This document shows positions 17,105 to 22,946 of a DNA stretch of 22,946 bases, in pieces (the first letter of the stretch is position 1; each line of letters begins with the position of its first letter). A model generated the notes under the pieces. That model searched no databases, had not been told where the DNA came from, and was given only the letters and a program-made list of their open reading frames with translations. Origin of the DNA: Oligoflexales bacterium. GTDB taxonomy: Bacteria > Bdellovibrionota_B > Oligoflexia > Oligoflexales > Bog-1112. Location of the stretch: NCBI GenBank assembly GCA_045105515.1, contig JBGCDR010000346.1, positions 1 through 22,946 of the forward strand, written 5' to 3'. The translations under genes and the position numbers were made by a program.

Positions 17105-17470
17105 CTACTTGTCAAACATACCTTCGTACGATAACGTACTTTCCTCTCCCAGTGGTTTAACTTCCGCTTTGTAGCCTCTACGGACAGGAGAATTAGGTTC
17201 AAAAGTTGCTACAAAGTGAGATTTTCTAACTACAACTACTTCTCCGGTGGCAACCCAGTATCTTCCACTTGAGTAGACCACAACTTGATCTTTCTTCCGC
17301 AAGTTTGATTCTGACTCAATCTTGAAAATACAACGGACCACTCGAAATTTTTCCGCTTTTCGACAAACAACAACTTCAGCACCTAGAGCCATATGAAAGC
17401 TCCCAAGCAAGGCTGAAATAATTATTGTCGATTGTATGCAAAAGCGCATGCGAACCAAAATCGCATTCAT
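17105..17470 (-). CDS. Small secreted beta-rich hypothetical protein
   Basis: Signal-like N-terminus ending MALG-AE (the start may be 17449); beta-strand-rich body (DQVVVYS, WVATGEVVVV) with a Cys pair. Confidence 0.65.
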   Translation of the reverse strand: MNAILVRMRFCIQSTIIISALLGSFHMALGAEVVVCRKAEKFRVVRCIFKIESESNLRKKDQVVVYSSGRYWVATGEVVVVRKSHFVATFEPNSPVRRGYKAEVKPLGEESTLSYEGMFDK

Positions 17471-17740
17471 CCCAAGTCCCCGATAAAAATTTATTAGTTG
17501 TGGAATTTACAAAATATTCAATTATAATTATCTTAGCGGATCAAAATGACACACCGTTAACCAAACTGAATTAAGCAACAATTTTAGTTTATTAAGAAAC
17601 CGTAATAAATCAGACCGAATTTCCGTCTAACATATATTCCCGTAAATACATGTGATATCTCAAAAGTCGTAAATACAATAACGATCAGAAGAATAATATA
17701 TTTAATCCAGACAATATTGCGGCATGTCTTCTTACATAGC

Positions 17741-17769
17741 TTGTTCTCGTTGAACTCCTTTGCTATGAT
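17741..17769 (+). promoter_or_regulatory. sigma70-type promoter of the trehalose operon
   Basis: TTGTTC-N17-TATGAT with an extended -10 TG (17761-17762). Confidence 0.55.
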
Positions 17770-17828
17770 TTTTAATTGTTAATCATGTAAAAAAAGTCGA
17801 TCACTATCCTTTGTTTAAGGACAGCACT

Positions 17829-19637
17829 TTGGAAAACAAAAAACCTTCAATGGATTTAGCAATCATTGGAAATTGCCAATATTTAGCATTAAGCGATGCA
17901 TTTGGATCTATCAATTGGCTTTGCTGGCCTAGGTTTGACTCAGAATTCCTCTTTTGCTCACTCCTCGACCAAGAAAAAGGCGGCAAATTTTCAATAGCTC
18001 CTCCTGAAGGAGTGAAGGGTAGCCAACAGTATTTGGTCAATACTAATGTACTGCGAACATACTTTGAATCCGAAAAAGGTTTCTTCGAGGTTATAGATTT
18101 TGCCCCGAGGTTTTATGAAAACAATAGTTATTACAAACCCACAATCTTAATTCGTATCGTAAGGCCAATTCGTGGCGAACCACAGATCAGGGTACAATGC
18201 AATCCCGTATACGATTATGGCAAAGAGCACTGTAAGAGCTTTGTAAGGAACGGCTATTTAGATTTTGAAGGCGCTGATGACCGCTTAAGACTCTATACGA
18301 ATGCTCCTCTTAGCTATATTCATGGTCGAGTTCCTTTTGTCATTGATAAAGCCCATTACTTCATTCTTAGCTATGGCGAAGGACTACAGACAGATGTAGC
18401 TTACTTTTGCGAAGATATGCTGCAAAAAACAATCAATTATTGGCACACCTGGGTCAAGCACTGCTTCCTACCCCGAGACTACCAGGCTGAGGTAATTAGA
18501 TCAGCATTAGTATTGAAATTGCATCAATACGAAGATACTGGAGCAATAATTGCGAGTGCTACAACAAGTATCCCAGAAGCTGACCAAAGTGGCCGCAATT
18601 GGGACTACCGATACTGCTGGCTTAGGGATGCATGGTTTTCATTAGCTGCTCTTCAGAAACTCAACCAGTTTGAAGAGATGGAAAGTTTTGTTAATTATTT
18701 GCGAAACATAGTAGATGGTATGAGTGAGCAAGGAGGCAGACTACAACCAGTATTTGGAGTCAGTGGTGAGAGTAGGCTTACAGAAAGGATCTTGGACCAC
18801 TTAAGTGGCTTCATGGGAAACAAGCCTATCAGAATTGGCAACCAAGCCTTTGAGCACATTCAAAACGACGTTTATGGCGAAATGATTTTGGCTATAAGAC
18901 CTCTTTTCCTTGACCAAAGATTTCTTGGCAATCAAGCTCCCCCGCCTAGAACTTTGCTTTTAAAACTGCTTGAAAAAATTGAGCTTTATCACTCGGCAAA
19001 AGATGCCGGACTATGGGAATTTCGTGGCAACTCGCAGGTTCATACTTTCTCGTTACTGATGCACTGGGCTGGTGCATCAGCAGCCCTAGAAATAGCCAAT
19101 AAAAAACACTACCTGGATATTTTACCAAGTGCAAAAAAATTGGTTAACCAAACTAAAAAACTCATTCACGAAAAATGCTGGAATGAAAACATAGGTGCAT
19201 TTACTCAAGCAGTTGGAAGTGAACACCTTGATGCATCCTTGCTCATGATGATCAATTTAGGATTTTTATCTCTCGATGATCCTAAAGCTCATCAGCATAT
19301 CAAATCAACAGTTAAAAACTTATCAACTAAAAATCAGCTTCTTCACCGCTATATTGCCGCTGATGATTTTGGCAAAACCGAAAATGCCTTCATAATCTGT
19401 TCTTTTTGGTTAGCTGAGGCTCATGGACATCTAGGAATGCAAGAAGAAGGAAGGGAAATATTAGAGAAATTAATCGCCTGCGCTAATCCAACAGGACTAT
19501 ACAGCGAAGACTTAGATCCAAATGATTTAAGCCTTTGGGGAAATTTCCCCCAGACATATTCTCATGTAGGGCTTATCAATGCAGCTTTTGTCCTATCAAA
19601 ACAAAATACTCCAACGATAGCTGGTGAGGAAAATTAA
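17829..19637 (+). CDS. Glycoside hydrolase family 15 (trehalase/glucoamylase-like)
   Basis: AIIGNC, WLCWPRFDS, RNWDYRYCWLRD, QNDVYGE, DAGLWEFR, LYSED, GNFPQTYSHVGLINAAF. TTG 17829 was chosen because AAGGA lies 7 nt upstream; alternative starts are 17811 and 17850. Confidence 0.93.
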   Translation: MENKKPSMDLAIIGNCQYLALSDAFGSINWLCWPRFDSEFLFCSLLDQEKGGKFSIAPPEGVKGSQQYLVNTNVLRTYFESEKGFFEVIDFAPRFYENNSYYKPTILIRIVRPIRGEPQIRVQCNPVYDYGKEHCKSFVRNGYLDFEGADDRLRLYTNAPLSYIHGRVPFVIDKAHYFILSYGEGLQTDVAYFCEDMLQKTINYWHTWVKHCFLPRDYQAEVIRSALVLKLHQYEDTGAIIASATTSIPEADQSGRNWDYRYCWLRDAWFSLAALQKLNQFEEMESFVNYLRNIVDGMSEQGGRLQPVFGVSGESRLTERILDHLSGFMGNKPIRIGNQAFEHIQNDVYGEMILAIRPLFLDQRFLGNQAPPPRTLLLKLLEKIELYHSAKDAGLWEFRGNSQVHTFSLLMHWAGASAALEIANKKHYLDILPSAKKLVNQTKKLIHEKCWNENIGAFTQAVGSEHLDASLLMMINLGFLSLDDPKAHQHIKSTVKNLSTKNQLLHRYIAADDFGKTENAFIICSFWLAEAHGHLGMQEEGREILEKLIACANPTGLYSEDLDPNDLSLWGNFPQTYSHVGLINAAFVLSKQNTPTIAGEEN

Positions 19638-19711
19638 TCCTTACTGCACAAGGTTCACTTTTTGATAATAGTCATACATAGCTTAGTGAGCCCAAGGAAA
19701 GGTACTTTAAA

Positions 19712-21970
19712 ATGAGCCAAGAAATCTCGTCTCTATTTACAGGCCCAGAGTCTGAATCGAGGCAATTATTTATTGCCTCAAATCGGCTCCCTGTTAAAAT
19801 TAGTAAAACCAAAGAGCAAGGTTTAGATGTAAGTATAAGCAGTGGGGGACTGGTTGCAGGATTAAGAGAAGTTCACAAGAGTGTTCCCTTTAAATGGCTG
19901 GGATATGGTGCATTTCCAGATATTAAGTCTGATGAATATGACGATATGATGAACAAACTTCATAGCCAGAGACTCATTCCAGTCGACTTAGATAAAAAAC
20001 TTTATAAAAAATATTACAGAGGAATGAGTAACCAAACAATATGGCCGCTATTTCACTATTTTATTTCTGAATTCCAGTTTTCGCTAGCAGACTGGACTGC
20101 TTATGAAGAGGTAAACCAATTATTTGCTAAAAAAATATGTGAGCTAGCAAATGATCAAGATATGGTTTGGGTACATGACTATCATCTCATGCTACTACCA
20201 AAGTACCTAAAGCAATTAAATCCCACCTTATCAATTGCTTATTTTCATCATATTCCGTTCCCTTCATCAGATATCTTTAGAATTCTGCCTTCTCGGGTTT
20301 CGATACTAGAAGGCCTTCTGGAATGTGATCTTATTGGCTTTCATTCATTTGATTTTGCTCGTCATTTTTTATCCAGTGTTGCAAGGGTCTTAGGTCTAGA
20401 TATTGTGGTGGATGATATTTATCAAAAGCATCGAATCACCAAGGTTGGGGTCTTTCCCCTAGGACCAAACTTCAAGACAATTACTCAACATGTTCAAAAC
20501 CTCAATGAATCAAAACAACATTCAAAAATGACCGATGCCATTGGTACCGAATTCTTATTTTTGGGAGTAGATCGCTTAGATTATACTAAGGGTATTCCTG
20601 AGCGCATTCAAGCATTCAGAGAATTTTTACGTCAACATCCCGAATTCTGTGGCAGAGTGTCTTTGGTTCAACTCTGTGTCCCCACTCGCAGCTCAATCAA
20701 AGCATATGATGCTCTCAAATCAGAGGTTGAGCGCCTAGTTAGCGAAGTCAATGGAACCTTTGGCAATCCAGGGTACACTCCCATACATTATATGTATCAA
20801 AACCTTCCTATGGAAGAGGTTATAGCATTATACAAAGCTGCTGATGTGGCCATCGTCACTCCACTAAGAGATGGAATGAACTTAGTTGCAAAAGAGTTTG
20901 TAGCAAGCAGGGATGATAACAAAGGAGTTCTAATCTTAAGTGAATTTGCCGGTGCAAGCGTAGAAATGGGTGAAGCCTTATGGGTAAATCCATACGATAT
21001 CAGAGACATGGCAAATAAAATGTTTACCGCATTAAGCATGCCTCAAGAAGAGCAGCAAGAGCGGATGACAGCACTAAGGGAGAGAGCGAGATTAAATGAC
21101 AACATAGTTTGGAGCAAGAATTTCATGGATACTTGGAGTAAGACGTCTGATTTAAATCTTAAACAGACTGCACCACTTGAAGGTAAAAGACGTAATAACC
21201 TCATTGATGAGATTATTAAGGGAAAAAAGATATTTATTTTCAGTGATAATGATGGAACTTTAACACCAATAAAGCAAAACCCAAAACTAGCAATTCCTGA
21301 AGAAAAAACACGACAATTGATTTCAAGAATAGGTAGATATCCCGCAGTCGTATTCACTTTAGTGACAGGTAGAGCTAGAGAATACTGTGACACTTATTTT
21401 AAAAACCTTCCTATAAATATTTTTGCTGAGCATGGGTCATTTTTTACCGACCCTACGAACCCTAGCTGGAAAAGTATGATTAGCCCAGATGAGTTTGCCA
21501 CCTTAAAAGACGAGATACTACCCCTCATTCAATCCTTTGTCAAAACGGTGCCTGGAACTCACACGGAAGTTAAATCTACCAGCATTGTGTGGCACTATCG
21601 TGAAGCTGATCCACACTTCGCGGAAAATCAGGCAAAGGCTCTTATTGATTCATTGCAACAACTACTACAGAATACTGCATACGCACCTTATTCCGGTAAA
21701 AAAATCGTAGAAGTAAGGCACAGATTAGCCAACAAGGGACGTGCATTAGAGTATGTGTTGAAACAGTTTGGTTGGCAAGATCATGATAGTATTCTTACAA
21801 TTGGTGATGATATAACTGATGAAGATATGTACCGCATCCGACCTGAAAAGAATATCTCTATTCATGTTGGTCAACCACACTTTAAAGCAGCTCACTACTT
21901 ATGCTCTACAAAAGAAGTTTCAGTCTTTTTCGAAGACTTAGAAAATGCACTATCACACTATTTCAAGTAA
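19712..21970 (+). CDS. Bifunctional trehalose-6-phosphate synthase/phosphatase (OtsA-OtsB fusion)
   Basis: GT20 motifs SNRLP, GGLV, IWPLFHY, WVHDYHL, HIPFP, VDRLDYTKG, DGMNLVAKE, LSEFAGA; HAD motifs DNDGTL, VTGR, AEHG, NKG, GDDITDEDM. Confidence 0.97.
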   Translation: MSQEISSLFTGPESESRQLFIASNRLPVKISKTKEQGLDVSISSGGLVAGLREVHKSVPFKWLGYGAFPDIKSDEYDDMMNKLHSQRLIPVDLDKKLYKKYYRGMSNQTIWPLFHYFISEFQFSLADWTAYEEVNQLFAKKICELANDQDMVWVHDYHLMLLPKYLKQLNPTLSIAYFHHIPFPSSDIFRILPSRVSILEGLLECDLIGFHSFDFARHFLSSVARVLGLDIVVDDIYQKHRITKVGVFPLGPNFKTITQHVQNLNESKQHSKMTDAIGTEFLFLGVDRLDYTKGIPERIQAFREFLRQHPEFCGRVSLVQLCVPTRSSIKAYDALKSEVERLVSEVNGTFGNPGYTPIHYMYQNLPMEEVIALYKAADVAIVTPLRDGMNLVAKEFVASRDDNKGVLILSEFAGASVEMGEALWVNPYDIRDMANKMFTALSMPQEEQQERMTALRERARLNDNIVWSKNFMDTWSKTSDLNLKQTAPLEGKRRNNLIDEIIKGKKIFIFSDNDGTLTPIKQNPKLAIPEEKTRQLISRIGRYPAVVFTLVTGRAREYCDTYFKNLPINIFAEHGSFFTDPTNPSWKSMISPDEFATLKDEILPLIQSFVKTVPGTHTEVKSTSIVWHYREADPHFAENQAKALIDSLQQLLQNTAYAPYSGKKIVEVRHRLANKGRALEYVLKQFGWQDHDSILTIGDDITDEDMYRIRPEKNISIHVGQPHFKAAHYLCSTKEVSVFFEDLENALSHYFK

Positions 21971-22476
21971 GATCGCTTTAAAACATTACTTGGCTTGTAC
22001 ATTCCAGGCTTACGATCTATTTTATCGCTCAATATTTCATTTTCAATCAAAACATAGTGTTTTCCATTACCATGATGACCAATTGGAGACTCAGCAATTT
22101 GTAGCTCACAAGGGACCCATTCAATTCCATTTGATTTGAATATTGTGATCCGTTGATTGCCTGTTTCTAACCTTAAACACAACGGCTCAGGACAAAGCCT
22201 TAAAATAAAGGGATGCTGCATACCTTCTGACAAAAGATTATTCCACAAGTCAGGGAGGCTAATCCATTTTCCATTTAAATCATCCGTGTAGTCCGAAGGA
22301 TGTGGGTTCGAAAAATGCTGTAAAAAATCGAGTGAAACGAAATCACACCTTGATGAATTAACGAAACATGCAGAAAATAATTGAACATAATTTTCATGAA
22401 GTGCAAATATTCTTTTCTGCATATTTGACCAAATCTCTTGTTCTGCTTGCTGTGCCTCAAAAACTCCCTTACTCAT
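21958..22476 (-). CDS. Hypothetical protein (172 aa)
   Basis: AAGGA Shine-Dalgarno upstream of the ATG; plausible composition; 13-nt convergent overlap with the TPS/TPP gene; no family recognised. Confidence 0.6.
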   Translation of the reverse strand: MSKGVFEAQQAEQEIWSNMQKRIFALHENYVQLFSACFVNSSRCDFVSLDFLQHFSNPHPSDYTDDLNGKWISLPDLWNNLLSEGMQHPFILRLCPEPLCLRLETGNQRITIFKSNGIEWVPCELQIAESPIGHHGNGKHYVLIENEILSDKIDRKPGMYKPSNVLKRSYLK

Positions 22477-22518
22477 GATATTTCCTTCTCTACCTCATCT
22501 AGCTTAGGATCATGGGAG

Positions 22519-22545
22519 CTATCGGATCTTGGAGCCTGGATTGTA
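22519..22545 (-). promoter_or_regulatory. Possible sigma28-type promoter of the 172-aa gene
   Basis: Minus strand TACA-N15-TCCGATAG, 42 nt upstream of the ATG. Confidence 0.35.
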
Positions 22546-22946
22546 GTTAATAATAATAAAAGATATTAAAAGATGTTAAATTAATATGTTAGAAACTTTC
22601 CACTTTTGTAACTTGTCGTAAAACTAAATCCCTCAAATAAAGGCGCATTCGAAGGAAAGACTACAATGTTCCTAAATACGATAATTTTTACAATGTAAAA
22701 ATTAATTTTAGTTAAACTATTAATATATTGTATTTTTATCCGATATAGGTGTCATAGAAAATATTCAATACAGAACATTTTTTAGGCTATCATAGGATTT
22801 TTATTATGCTTGAATTCAATAAGAAAATGCAAAAATAATCTTGCCGTCCAGAATTCAAAACAAATTTGTGCTTGAAAAAAATATTTTCATCAAAATTCCC
22901 CTTCCTAAGATGTGTTTAAGAGCTAATAAGAGAAAAATCTTAAGTT

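Noticed and set aside
17804..22460. Short antisense or nested ORFs in GH15, TPS/TPP and the last gene
   Set aside because: Shadow frames of well-supported coding sequences.

Overview
AT-rich bacterial chromosomal window. The gene content and RpoD/HKIII style suggest Bdellovibrionota/Oligoflexia, but this is inference. Intact core-type genes: a secreted hexapeptide-repeat beta-solenoid protein, ampG, a glycerophosphodiester phosphodiesterase, a membrane CHASE2-PAS-Hpt-CheA-type kinase with no CheW domain, an RpoD-family sigma70 lacking a recognisable region 1.1, a CheY-like receiver, a GH15 hydrolase and a fused trehalose-6-phosphate synthase/phosphatase. Between them lies an accessory block (about 9.9-17.5 kb) of orphan lipoproteins, secreted proteins and a beta-barrel. 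Points the ORF track misses: (i) a highly structured ~290-nt leader before the sigma factor, with a promoter, 5' hairpin, two tripeptide mini-ORFs, an intrinsic terminator and a 4-way junction; (ii) sigma28-type promoters whose -10 box sits exactly 7 nt before the ATG of two genes, implying leaderless mRNAs; (iii) three exported-protein genes each broken by a single lesion (two homopolymer frameshifts and one in-frame TGA that hides a lipoprotein signal on a 966-codon gene). No rRNA, tRNA, CRISPR array or transposase was recognised.
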